Source: Basidiobolus meristosporus CBS 931.73
Taxonomy: Eukaryota > Fungi > Basidiobolomycota
NCBI GenBank assembly: GCA_002104905.1
Contig: MCFE01000071.1
Coordinates: 122,329-186,328 of the forward strand
DNA length: 64,000 bases
Direction: 5' to 3'
Below, one piece after another: positions 12,701 to 24,210 of the stretch; the stretch's first letter is position 1; each line of letters begins with the position of its first letter. A model generated the notes under the pieces. The model was not told the origin of the DNA and made no database searches. It saw only the letters and a list, made by a program, of their open reading frames with translations. The translations under genes were made by a program, and so were the position numbers.

Positions 12701-13747
12701 GCTGATTCTATATTGAATAGTCTGTTAGCTTAAAGCCACATGTACTATGTGTTTGCCTAATTACTTCCATTATCTCCAAACCCCCCCCCAATATGAGGCA
12801 TATTGCTTGTACCAAGAAAGTGATAATAGTGTCAAGGTGGTGAAATAAGCTACTTGAGCATGTGGATGGTAATGTGATTTGTGCCTATCCTGCATAGTAC
12901 CAAGCTATGAGCTTGGTGACAAAAGCTTATCTGTAGTCATCACTTTTACAATGCTAAGAAGATATGTACTAGAGCTTAATAGAAGAGAGCATGGGGTTGT
13001 AGAGTGAATCCTCTCATGCTAATCTGACATGTTGAAATTAGGTGGGGATGTACAGTGCTGTCCTGTGACTACAACAGAAATATGAAAGAACATACAGCAA
13101 ATAGGAAGTAAAAATGCACATGACAGAGGCTACAATTTGCAGCTGTAAATGCTACAAACTAAATGCACTAGACTCCTGCAATAACCCTGAGTAGTTATTA
13201 ATAAGGTAATAAATATTTAACAAGAGGCTAAAGTGTACCCAGTACAATAATACTCCATTGCTGGCTGTAAGCTTAGTTTTCAGCCTTAATGACAAGATGT
13301 TTTCAGATCTAATGCTTTCAGAGCCCATAATATTACCTGAAATAATTATGCAACTAGAGAGTGAGGACAACACTTTCAAGGAGTGTGAGGTAGTAATGAT
13401 TTGGAAAGCATCTTGTGGACCTTGTTGGTTCCATTTGATCTTCTTACTTACTGATAGCTTAACATTCGGGCAATTCAAATAGATTGTAGGTGTTTCACCT
13501 TATTGGCCCACCCTCGATCACCCAGACATGCAATAAGCAAAAAGATGCAGATATCAAACGAAAGTTGGCACCAATCGTCATTTATTGAAGGTGCTATGCT
13601 GAATCAATTGGACTCATTTGAATCCAAGATCCGTGGGAGTCATTGGCTTGATTGCAAAAGATCTCAACCGCATACAAGCATTTAGTCAGGTTCGTAGTTT
13701 ATAAGTACGAAATCACAGCACTACAACCTCATCGTAACACGGAAGAA

Positions 13748-15261
13748 ATGAGTGAACAAGTAGTACAAGATACTGACGAGATTCTAGAGGATGAAGATGA
13801 GGTACAACCAGCATGTAGGATGTATACGAGAGTGGTATTAACGCGCTTACTAGGAAATGTTCTTCATCGACATTGATGAGCTACAGAAACAGGGTATTAA
13901 CGCTGGCGACATTCAAAAGCTGAAGACTTCTGGGCTATGTACTGTTAAAGTAATCCTTCATATACCTTCAGATGTGAAGCGACATTTTTGACCAGTCAAA
14001 TACAGTCCATTCAGATGACAACTCGGAGGAACCTTTGTAAAATCAAGGGTTTATCTGAGGCTAAAGTGGATAAAATCAAAGAAGCTGCCAACAAGATAAC
14101 AGTTAGTATTGAGTGATCATGGTGTTAAGAAATGATAACTTACTATAGGTGATCAGACATGTGGTTTCATTTCAGCAGCTGAATATCTTATTAAGCGTCA
14201 AATGGTAGTTAAAATTACCACCGGGAGCCAGGAGTTGGATAAGCTAATAGGAGGTAACTGCTAATTACTATTCTAGCAACCTATATTTAATGAGATTTCC
14301 CATTATTAGGCGGGATTCAAACAATGGCTATCACAGAAGTTTATGGAGAGTTTAGAACCGGGAAAACTCAGCTAGCCCACACGCTATGTGTATCTTGTCA
14401 GTTACCCACAAGCATGGGTGGTGGAAATGGCAAAGTACTAGCGTACTTGATTGATTTTTCCATCAGCGTCTGTTTTACATGATATTCAATAGGCGGCCTA
14501 TGTTGATACTGAAGGGACGTTCCGGCCAGATAGGATTCGGGCAATTGCTGAGCGGTTTTCTATCGATCCTGACACTGTACTTGATAACGTGATATTTGCA
14601 CGAGCATACAACTCGGAGCATCAAATGGACCTGATAACCGAATTGACGGCAAGATTTGCTGAAGAAAGAGGAGTATTCCGTGTTCTGGTGAGTTGTAACT
14701 GAAGTCAAGCATATACAATGTCATGATTTACAAATGACTAGATCGTGGACTCGATAATGGCATTGTTCCGAACTGACTATTGTGGAAGAGGGGAGCTCAG
14801 TGAAAGACAACAGAAATTGAACATAATGCTCACTCGATTACTGAAGATCTCTGAGGAGTACAACGTGGCGGTGTTTCTTACTAATCAGGTAATAGAAACG
14901 CTCTCCAGCAAGCTTCAATATATTGATCAGTACTGCTTAGGTTTGTGCAGATCCTGGAGCCATGTCTTTTGCACCAGACAAGAAACCAATAGGAGGCCAC
15001 GTACTAGCACATACGTAAACCGCCTTTCCTGCCTCGTTTTTCTTCTTGTAAATAACTGAGCCACTCCTATAGCTCGACAACAATATTAAGTTTACGAAAG
15101 GGTAGAGGGGAGCAGCGCATTGCAAAAATCGCCGATTCCCCCGATATGCCCGAAGCGGAAGCTGGTAAGAATATATCCAACTTAGAGTGACATTGTTGCC
15201 TAATCTGGCTTGGTTAGCTTACGCTATTACTGATGGTGGCATAACGGACTCAAAAGAGTGA
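13748..15261 (+). CDS. DMC1: Meiotic recombinase Dmc1 (multi-exon)
   Basis: Spliced exons give [56 protein letters not shown] (Walker A), [64 protein letters not shown] and [13 protein letters not shown]. The residues are Dmc1-type rather than Rad51-type. Confidence 0.92.
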
Positions 15262-15409
15262 AAATAGAGAAAGCCATATGATTGTCTTGCATTGTATAAA
15301 TGTGCCATACCTTATGCTTGGTACTAATATTCTCAGAATAGGTTTGGAACAAAACGATATAATATTGAATAAATTGAAGCATACTTTATTTCAAGAAATG
15401 AAGTCCCTT

Positions 15410-17350
15410 TTATCTGTCGAGAGTGCTTAGATCCAGGAACTCAGCTTGAGCGATTCTATTCGACGCAAGGATTGATCTTGGTTCTGACAGGACGCTTCCT
15501 TTGATCTCTATCAAAATATTCATATTTTCATGAGGTTCATCGTGAGGATTACTTCGGACAGTTAGCATCGAGCCATCTTGTTGGAACTGCCCCCTACTGA
15601 CGGAAGTCACATTTCTGTTGTCAGGAACAGCAAATTTGACAACCCAATTACGTGAAATGGGTCGGTTTAGAGTGGTGCGTATCTTCAACAATGCCATGTA
15701 ATCCGAGGCTTCAGCATTTTCATTGTGGACGACCTCAACCATGATATCCGTATCCCGTTTTGCATGCGCCCCCTTGATTGAGCGTTGTCTTCGGTAACTA
15801 GAAACACCACACCTCTTGATCATTTTCTTACCTGCCCAATCACAGTATATCCCAGTATTCCCCTTCTCGCATGAGAGCGCTTGATCTGCGCTGCAGGGTA
15901 GCAACAGCCATCGACCTTTCAGATGTTGAGTCAGTAATGTTAACGAGGTAACTGTTTGTTGATCTCTGCCTGACTTACCATTTGAGCATATTGCATAATC
16001 GTATCCGTTACACCTAGTCTCATGCCCTGAACATGAAGCGCCTTCAACTGGACATTCGGAATTCGATGAGATTGTGGGATGAAAATCCGATTTATCGGTA
16101 CTTGCAGTTGGTAACGCTTTTTGGCTTGATGATTGATCCCTGGCAGCCAATAGATTGTGTGGCGATGCGTGTGGTGTAGCAGATGTACTTGAAGGCAGCA
16201 TGGAAGAAGTAGCGGATGGCGCTAATGCCAAAGAACTTGTTTTCGGTGTGCCTGGAGCGCTCGATGCGGGGGCACCAGGCGGCGTCGATGTTGCAGAGCT
16301 TGGAGCAGGGCTTGGGCTAATCTGCGAGCCACATGTCGATCCACTCTGGAGGTTTTTTTTTACACTCGCTGCAAAGCTGACTCCACCCTCCATGTTCATA
16401 TCGGAGGTTGAGGCATCCCAAGCCATGACGCCCCCGAACGATGAGTATTTCTTCCTTATGTCATTCACGATCTGATTGACTTGGTTGGCTGGGATGTATC
16501 CTGAGCCAGCAGATGATGGTGAGCCAGGGATACCAAGATACACTTTGACATCCTTATTCACGGATTTGGTGGTTGCCCACGTGTGCCAATCTCCGAAATT
16601 GAAGTTCGAAGGATTGCTTGCTGCGCAATGGTTATTGTAGAATTGAACAAACACCATATCGAACCAAGCTTCGTTCAGTGCTGCTCCCAAGAACATATCT
16701 GGGAATGGACATTGGGGAGCACCAGATATGTAGTACTTCTTACTGGAATCTTGCGCATACAGCTCGCGAAGGGTTTTGACAAGAGCACTGTACCCTCTGC
16801 TACTGCCTCCTTCAATGTCGAGATCAATGCCATCCAATTTTGCTGTGCCAAATGGACGCATATCCGAAGAGCCGCCAAGGAGAAGATCCCAGAGAGTCCG
16901 AGCAAATAATGCAGCATCCGCATCCCCTTGGAACCCGTACGAACCGGTGGCCCCACCCAAGGACATGAAGACTTTTTTCCCTTTTGACTGGCAGTACGCA
17001 ATATCATTGCCAATGTCGGGACAGTTCACAAGAGCAGTACCAGGAAAAGTAGCGCTTGCGCAATGAAACGATAGATTGATCTGAGGAGGCGTTTTCGAGC
17101 CAGAATTAAAAACGTTCAGAAAACTAAGATTGATCACATCGACGGCATCATCCTCGCAATACCCACGCAAAGGCTTTTCCCACTGTGCTCTATCAGTGCT
17201 AGAGATTCCGAAGGAGTTTTGCCCCCAGTACGCAGCAAAGTTGGAGTCACAGCGTTCGTCAAATGCCAGGGCTAACCCAAACCCAGTTGAGAGAGCGGTC
17301 AAAGAGAGTGGACTCGAGATTTTCATGATGAGTGAATAATAGTATAGCAT
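15410..17350 (-). CDS. Secreted GH18 class III chitinase with Ser/Thr/Pro linker, Cys-rich chitin-binding module and C-terminal extension
   Basis: Signal peptide, AAYWGQNS, catalytic LDGIDLDIE (DxxDxDxE), APQCPFPD, VQFYNN and GGVMAWDAS. A probable short in-frame intron lies at ~15920-15980. Confidence 0.95.
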   Translation of the reverse strand: MLYYYSLIMKISSPLSLTALSTGFGLALAFDERCDSNFAAYWGQNSFGISSTDRAQWEKPLRGYCEDDAVDVINLSFLNVFNSGSKTPPQINLSFHCASATFPGTALVNCPDIGNDIAYCQSKGKKVFMSLGGATGSYGFQGDADAALFARTLWDLLLGGSSDMRPFGTAKLDGIDLDIEGGSSRGYSALVKTLRELYAQDSSKKYYISGAPQCPFPDMFLGAALNEAWFDMVFVQFYNNHCAASNPSNFNFGDWHTWATTKSVNKDVKVYLGIPGSPSSAGSGYIPANQVNQIVNDIRKKYSSFGGVMAWDASTSDMNMEGGVSFAASVKKNLQSGSTCGSQISPSPAPSSATSTPPGAPASSAPGTPKTSSLALAPSATSSMLPSSTSATPHASPHNLLAARDQSSSQKALPTASTDKSDFHPTISSNSECPVEGASCSGHETRCNGYDYAICSNGKSGRDQQTVTSLTLLTQHLKGRWLLLPCSADQALSCEKGNTGIYCDWAGKKMIKRCGVSSYRRQRSIKGAHAKRDTDIMVEVVHNENAEASDYMALLKIRTTLNRPISRNWVVKFAVPDNRNVTSVSRGQFQQDGSMLTVRSNPHDEPHENMNILIEIKGSVLSEPRSILASNRIAQAEFLDLSTLDR

Positions 17351-18212
17351 GATCCCTCCTCAGCAAATTCGTTTTATACTCAGTTGCTTCTCAGGTAAAG
17401 AAATTAATATACAGTCAGTTGACAACTGATCCGAGCTTCCCAAGCCCTTTTAGTCGACGTTATATTGACTTGACGATATGAAGTTCTCAGTAGAGAGAAT
17501 CTACTTCCCATATGGATGGCTTTGCAGGCAATTAATATAGCATCCCATTATTACTATGCTACGCCAGTTCCAAAATCATGAAAATCAAGCCCAATAAAGG
17601 CGATTCCATTAGTCGTAAGAGCCAAATCCAGCAACTAGATTGAGATTTCCATTTGAGATTGGAAAATCCTCACCCATACTAAACGTTGTTGCTTGAATGG
17701 CTAAATTGGACCGTACCTTACGTTGGTGCTTGAATGGCTAACCTTACTAACCCCAGTATTCATGCATCCACTCCCGAATCTTCCGACGGAATTCTGTCAA
17801 CGGATTGTTGGGAAAACAGCACGCCACAGGTACAAACAACCCGACATAGATTAGACGGAATATTGCCAATGAAACGCAACTCGCTGTTGATTCTCGAATC
17901 GCTTGCTTGCTTCAAACTGAGCAGAAACCCTAATGGCTAACCGGAAACAAACCTGCTAGGCTTAAAACGTGGTTTGATGCAACTATTTCATCCCTTACTT
18001 TGGAGCCAACAAACAAGATGCATGGTCGCCAAAACATTGGATTTCCCAACTTATAAGGACAGCTTGGGAGTGTAATAATGACGTTCATCAACATCCATTC
18101 GATACTTATTTATTCGAGCCGTTTCATCCATTGCTGTAGCAAGCAAGTCCTCCTTTTGCTCTAAACTTCCATACCTTAGGGCGCGTACTTATTAGAACTT
18201 CGTAAGATTAAC

Positions 18213-19666
18213 ATGAGTGGTCTTAGCAAAGGTATGTGTAGAGTTGATGTGAAAGTTGATAGATTGCCATACTGATCATCTCTCAGACGAGAATGCCACT
18301 GTTGTTAAAGAGATAGAGGACAACATCGTGGCAAGTAAAGAGGGGTTCAACCAAATGGAGTATGATTCCCACGCTGGAGATCATGACAGGAATGGGTCGA
18401 GCTTTGGAGCGTATTTCAACATTGTTTGTGCTATTGCCGGAACAGGAACGCTTCAGCTCCCGTACGCTCTGAGTCAGAGTGGATGGGTTGGAGTTGGGTT
18501 GATTCTTTTGTCTACGGGGATCTCCATCTATACCGGCTCACTACTGATTAAGTGCTTGTATTATGATCGGTACGTTGCCAGCGCTATGACACCTTACAGC
18601 TTCATGCGCTAACTGAGCCCATTTTAGAGTCAGTCGACTATCGGACTATTCTTCCATCGGAAAAGCTGCGTTTGGAAAGCCTGGGATGATATTTATTCGA
18701 GTGTTCCACTACTCTATTCAAATAGGAAGCGCCATAGTCTACATACTAATCACCGGCTTGAATGCTCATCAGCTTTTCGAGGCGATGGGAGTGGTGCTGG
18801 ACCAGAAGGTGTGGGTCCTAATCGCCGGTGTGATTGTCTGGATTCCTTACATCCTGCTTAAAACGCTGAAAGAGGTGGCAATCCTCTCAGTACTGGGAGT
18901 GCTCTCGACACTGGTGCTGGTCTTTGTCGCCGTGAGTGTTAGTCTTATTGATCTGCCCAATAACGTTCAACAAACCCATCAAACCATCAATATCTCCGGA
19001 TTTCCGATAGCGTTGGCCTCGATCTGTTTTTCTTTTGGAGGCAACGTAGTCTACCCTCATGTTGAGCAAGTCATGGCCCACCCGAAATCCTGGAACAAGG
19101 TTCTAAGGGCAGCCATGCTCACTATTTGTGTCTTGTACTTGCTGATTAGTGTGGCAGGATACTACGTCTATGGTGGCTCCACCAAGTCACCAATCTACGA
19201 TAGCCTGCCAGCTGGTCCCGCCACCACTGTAGCTATTATCATGATTACTTTCCATGTCTTGCTGGCATGTCCTATTTACCTCACAAGCTTTGCCACAGAG
19301 ATTGAGGCCATCTTTCGGATTGACTCAACGTATTACAGCAAGTACAAGGAAAGAATCCTGCGATTCGCCCTTCGAACTGGGATATTGGCTGTGCTTACGG
19401 TCATTGCCATGTTCTTGCCATATATCAGCGACTTCATGTCCCTGTTCGGGGCTTTATCCAACACGGTGGTCGTCTTCATCGCACCCATTGTACTATACTG
19501 GAAACTCTTTGGCTGGAGAAGCATGTCCAAGCTAGAGCTTCTCTGGTGTGGAGTGATTTTGTTGGTCGCTGCAGTTGGCTGCGTCCTCGGTACGAAAGAC
19601 GCGATCACCTCGTTGATTGCGCATATTCAATGCGGAAGCGCTTGTGAGACCCATGTCAAGCACTAA
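18213..19666 (+). CDS. AAAP-family (Aa_trans) amino acid transporter, Avt1-like, 2 introns
   Basis: MSGLSK|DENAT...GSSFGAYFNIVCAIAGTGTLQLPYALSQSGW, FSFGGNVVYPHVE, and multiple hydrophobic segments. Confidence 0.93.
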
Positions 19667-19997
19667 ATCTAGCTGGATGTCTTTAATATTTAACTCGAAT
19701 TTTGATACCATTAACGATAGAATAAATAGATGTTAATCTACGTATCCAGATCGAATGTTACGTCAAAAACCTCGAAGAATTCAGCCGAAATTCGTTCCCA
19801 CGGTCAAAGTTTGATGAGGGCAAGTTGTACAATGCGCATTATATGGAAGGAGCAGTGAGAAATTGGTGTACATGTGAGAAAACTATGCCTCACATTGACC
19901 AAAACAGGAGATGAACCAAACCCCAAGATTAGCTTTACCATGCGTTGAAATGATGTGCCTACTTGAAATGGAACCTTTATTATTTTACAACGTTAGT

Positions 19998-21257
19998 CTA
20001 GGGACTCCGGATCATTATCAGCTGGATAATGGCATCTTTTGTACCGAGCACCAGCCCAACGATGGCGATGATGGCAATGAGGATGCACCAGACTCTTTCT
20101 GGCCAACCCATGGATTGGAGACCAAAGAGCTTGAGGTACAGGACGATAGGAGCAAGGAAAAGGATTATGGGATATCCAACCCCGCCAATTAAGGACATCA
20201 GTGGGCCGAAGTAAGGAAGAAACACCCCTATGATGGTGAGAATGACTAGGATGAAGCTACGGAGCGCAAAACGAAGGCAGAATGCTTTGAGAGGCGTGTA
20301 GCAGGTGTCGTTAATACTCCACATAATTTCCATCTCGTTGGAAAAACTGATCAGATTGAGGGGAGCAGCCAGGGCGACATGGACTGTGATCATGACGATG
20401 GCCACCGAAGTGGTGACTCCGTGAGGAAGGTTGGCATAGATAGGAGACATTGTACTGTCGCCATAAACGTAGTAACCAGTGGCACTGATAAGCACATACA
20501 TTAGGAAGATCGTAAAAATGGCGATGGCCAAGGTTCGATTCCACGACTTGGGATGCTTCATCGCCACCTCCACGTGTGGATAGATGGCGTTTCCGCCAAA
20601 AGAGAAGGCTATGGAAGTTAAAGCTATAGGTATTCCCGCGGGGACAATGAAGTGATGGGAATTATCCCGTTGGTTGGGGAGGTCCCGTAATCCTTCTACA
20701 ACAGTCACCAGGATGACCACTAGGGTGGTCAGCACTCCGAACACTGAGAGCCAGACAAATTCTTTCAACGACTTGAGGGCTACAAAGGGAACCCAGACGA
20801 TCGCGGCAGATATGGCAATCCAGACTTTGCGGTCTATGTCGGTATTAGATAGCTCATGAAGATTGACGCCAGCGAGAATGATGTATATACATGACGCACC
20901 AAGGAGGATGGTGTAATGAAAGGAGCGGATGAAGTTTTGGCCAAATCGACCATAGGCGGCGTATCCTACAGATGGGTAATCGGGCAATCGACTCTGTCCA
21001 TTGTGATATAAGCATTTGATCAGTAGGTTTCCGGTGTAGACAGCTATTGTTCCGCACAGCATCATGAGTAATATGGATATCCAGCCACCTTGCATCAGCG
21101 TGAGGGGAAGCTGCAATGTGCCGGTTCCGGCCACCACACAGATCACGTTGAAGTACGCGCCTAAGCTGGAGCCATTCCGTTCTCGGACCACGGTGTTGGT
21201 GGGTGATACATCCAAGGATCCCTTGGATGGTAAGTCGATGGCAAGGTCGCTTCCCAT
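19998..21257 (-). CDS. AAAP-family amino acid transporter, paralogue of 18213-19666, no apparent intron in the CDS
   Basis: Continuous ORF with GSSLGAYFNVICVVAGTGTLQLP and FSFGGNAIYPHVE. Likely start is MGSDL at 21257. Confidence 0.92.
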   Translation of the reverse strand: MGSDLAIDLPSKGSLDVSPTNTVVRERNGSSLGAYFNVICVVAGTGTLQLPLTLMQGGWISILLMMLCGTIAVYTGNLLIKCLYHNGQSRLPDYPSVGYAAYGRFGQNFIRSFHYTILLGASCIYIILAGVNLHELSNTDIDRKVWIAISAAIVWVPFVALKSLKEFVWLSVFGVLTTLVVILVTVVEGLRDLPNQRDNSHHFIVPAGIPIALTSIAFSFGGNAIYPHVEVAMKHPKSWNRTLAIAIFTIFLMYVLISATGYYVYGDSTMSPIYANLPHGVTTSVAIVMITVHVALAAPLNLISFSNEMEIMWSINDTCYTPLKAFCLRFALRSFILVILTIIGVFLPYFGPLMSLIGGVGYPIILFLAPIVLYLKLFGLQSMGWPERVWCILIAIIAIVGLVLGTKDAIIQLIMIRSP

Positions 21258-21589
21258 AATTTGAACGAAGTAAAAATCACTGGTGATGACCAGGCCCACT
21301 TAAATAGACCCAAGCCTATGAGTCACACTTGCACTTGGCGGCTTAATTGGGCCCCAAGATCTAGTGAAACGCTACAATGGCTGCTTTCATTGTTACGCAC
21401 ACAGCAAGTTGGGAAACTCACCTAACTACCCGGCAAATGGTTATCTAACGACTGGTGGACTTTTGTTAGTCCCATGGTTGCTAGATCTGGATCTGATTTG
21501 ACCGATATTTCATACCCCAATTTGATTTGAGGGTTTTAGTTTGTTAGCAGCCAAAGTGTGTTGTCATTAATCTTTATCTGCTACATACG

Positions 21590-24006
21590 ATGGACAGAAG
21601 CCTCAATGCACCAGGAAACGTGGCTACTATACTTCGAAATAGGGAGCTCAATTTCCAGAGGCCCAACACAACCTACTTGAAGAAGCGGCAGCTATATCAG
21701 CATGTCTACCCTAACAAGACCCTATACAACATTGCCCTATCCACCTGTATATTCCTAAAGCGATTCACTCCAGACGGAAAGGTATTTGTGTATATTGCCA
21801 GGTGATTTCCTTCCGCTCCCTATACTAACACAGACAGCAGTACCTGGTTTGCTTTTCCCGCAACCAGCATGCGATTCAGCTGTATACATTTCTTGGTCCC
21901 TGCTGCCCCAAAATGCCCGACATTGAGTCCTCAGAAGCCGAAAGCGGTGCAATATATCCTTTTGTTGCTACTTCCCTCCGCCAGGACCCTATCTCGATAG
22001 ACCATTATCTCTTAACCCAGCCTGCACTTTCCAGCGTTTCTTCTCGCTCAAGTATGAGAAGATCCTTACTTTTGACCCAGCCGAGCTTCTCTGTAAGGAT
22101 TTCTGCCTAGTAACGTCGAATCAAAAACATGTAAGCCGTCTCTCTGATTAGTTGCCCTTTCGGGAGGTTGACCCTGTTTCACTTTAAACAGCTCATCTTG
22201 GCCTCTGCCTGCCCCTCCACAGCCTCCTCAGCAGAAGCTTGTAGATATCCGTCCTCTTTAAGCTGTATGGCAAACCTGGACGATATCACGTTTTACATCA
22301 TGGAAATCGAGACGGGGAAGGTATGCGACAACCGGCTCGTTGGCTGACATATGGCTTTAACGGCTCAATCGATGTAGATATGTGATAGGAAAACGTTTAA
22401 AAGCGATTTCATCTACCTGTCGCACCACTCTGGGGTCAGTTTGTATGGCCAGTTCTTCGCCATCACTTCCCTTCAAAACCAATGTATACACGTGTTCCAG
22501 ATCAAGGTATCTACCCATGAGGCCAGTGCACTACAACTGAACCTAACTTTGATGTTGCTCCTAGGAGAATGGAACATTCGTTGGACTGAGAACCATCGGT
22601 TGGTACAATTACGATGATGATGAGCTAGAGTTGGCCAAGTATGATGAATTCAATGAACAGTTTGAGACTCGCCAGCGTAGTCATTCAGCGCCGCCAGATG
22701 CGGAATGGCATGGAAGAGCCGGAGTAGATGTCTCAAGAACGCTATCCTTGGGCCCCAGCAGTCGCTTAGAAGTGCCTTCGTTTGCCCATAGAAACCCTGT
22801 GCTGGCGTCCTTGGCTGACAATCCAGACGAGCAAAGTATATTGTTCGACGAATTCAAGCATGTTAGTGGTGCCACGAAGCTCATATCGCCATATGCACTT
22901 GACTAAACCCGCATTTTGTAGAACCCGCCACCCCTGAGTGGGTTTAAGCATCGGTTGTTGGCCTATCTTTACAAGAAGGCCAAGTCTGTCAATGATAAGT
23001 CCGTACAGCTATGCAACTTTCAGACGAGCAAATACTAACCCTAATCGAACCTTTGCAGTGGAATAGCATTGCAGAACTTCTACCTTACTTTCTCTCAGTT
23101 TGAATCGCTGGTTCTTTGGAAAGCCCAGTTCTTGGATGAAACGCATCTCCTTGTGAAGCTGAGCAGCGTCGAATGCGTCACTGGAAGGGTAGCGTTCGAG
23201 CCTGTCGATTGGAAGGGAGACTGTACTAACTCATTTGCCACTAGAATACCGAAGGAACAAATCAGACCGCCTTCTTTGTGATTTACAATATTGACACCAC
23301 AATGATCATAGCCCTTTACGAAAACACCTCGGAGGAGTTGCTCAGCTTGTTTGAGCATCATTCGGAGTACCTCCGAGGCCCGAATTACAACGCCCCCGCA
23401 AACTTTACCTGGACTTGGTCGAACAACGCTTTCGCCAGACTCATCTTGAAGAAACAACAATACGCAGTTCGCAACGCCAGAAATGGAGGGTAGATAGAAG
23501 GAGCTAGACATTGATAACCCGAGCCAGCACTAAGAGTCTTGTCTTTAGGCCTTCCCAGGCGGTGAAGAGAGTGCTTGCCGCGCTGCCCTACAGCCCACAG
23601 TCGTTCAGCGAAAGCCCCTACTTTGATCCCGCTTTGTTCAGCTATGATGAGAAGGCTATCTCGGCCTCAGACAGGTAATGCCTGCACATATGCCTACATG
23701 ACACAAAGTCAACTAACATCTGTTCAGACCGAAACCTTGTCAGGATTTCCCCATCAAATTCTATCTGCGAAGCACGGGTGAGCTCAAATTCAAGATCAAC
23801 ACCAACGTCCCTAATCGAGGCGGAAGCCGTGTGTCCAAGTAAGTGGCGCCCTCCGCAACGAATGCGATCGATCACTGATACAAACCAAACTTCCTAGGAG
23901 ATATGCTACTTTCATCGTCCACCCCGATCAACCATTCATGATCTCTCTGCAGCATACACTCATGCAGCCCACTGTGGTCAATTTCCATGTCCGCTCTGGA
24001 AACTGA
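21590..24006 (+). CDS. DET1: De-etiolated-1 homologue (DDB1/CUL4-associated), many introns
   Basis: N-terminus NVATILRNRE...RQLYQHVYPNKTLYN...FLKRFTPDGK, plus QFESLVLWKAQFLDETHLLVK, WSNNAFAR, LPYSPQSFSESPYFDPALFSYDEK and C-terminal YATFIVHPDQPFMISLQ, all matching recalled DET1 motifs. Confidence 0.88.
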
Positions 24007-24210
24007 TTCTATCGCTATTGACCGTTTGATTGTATTTTTATTGTATGTATTACCTGATGGTCCCCTCCCTCTTCCACCACCACCGACACTCACATCGTCG
24101 TGTATATTTGAAAATAAATCCAACCAACCAATCATGTCCACCAACCAATTCATGATAAGGAAAAGCTCATCGTTTGATCGAGACATTCCCTTGTCCAAAC
24201 CAATCTAGCT

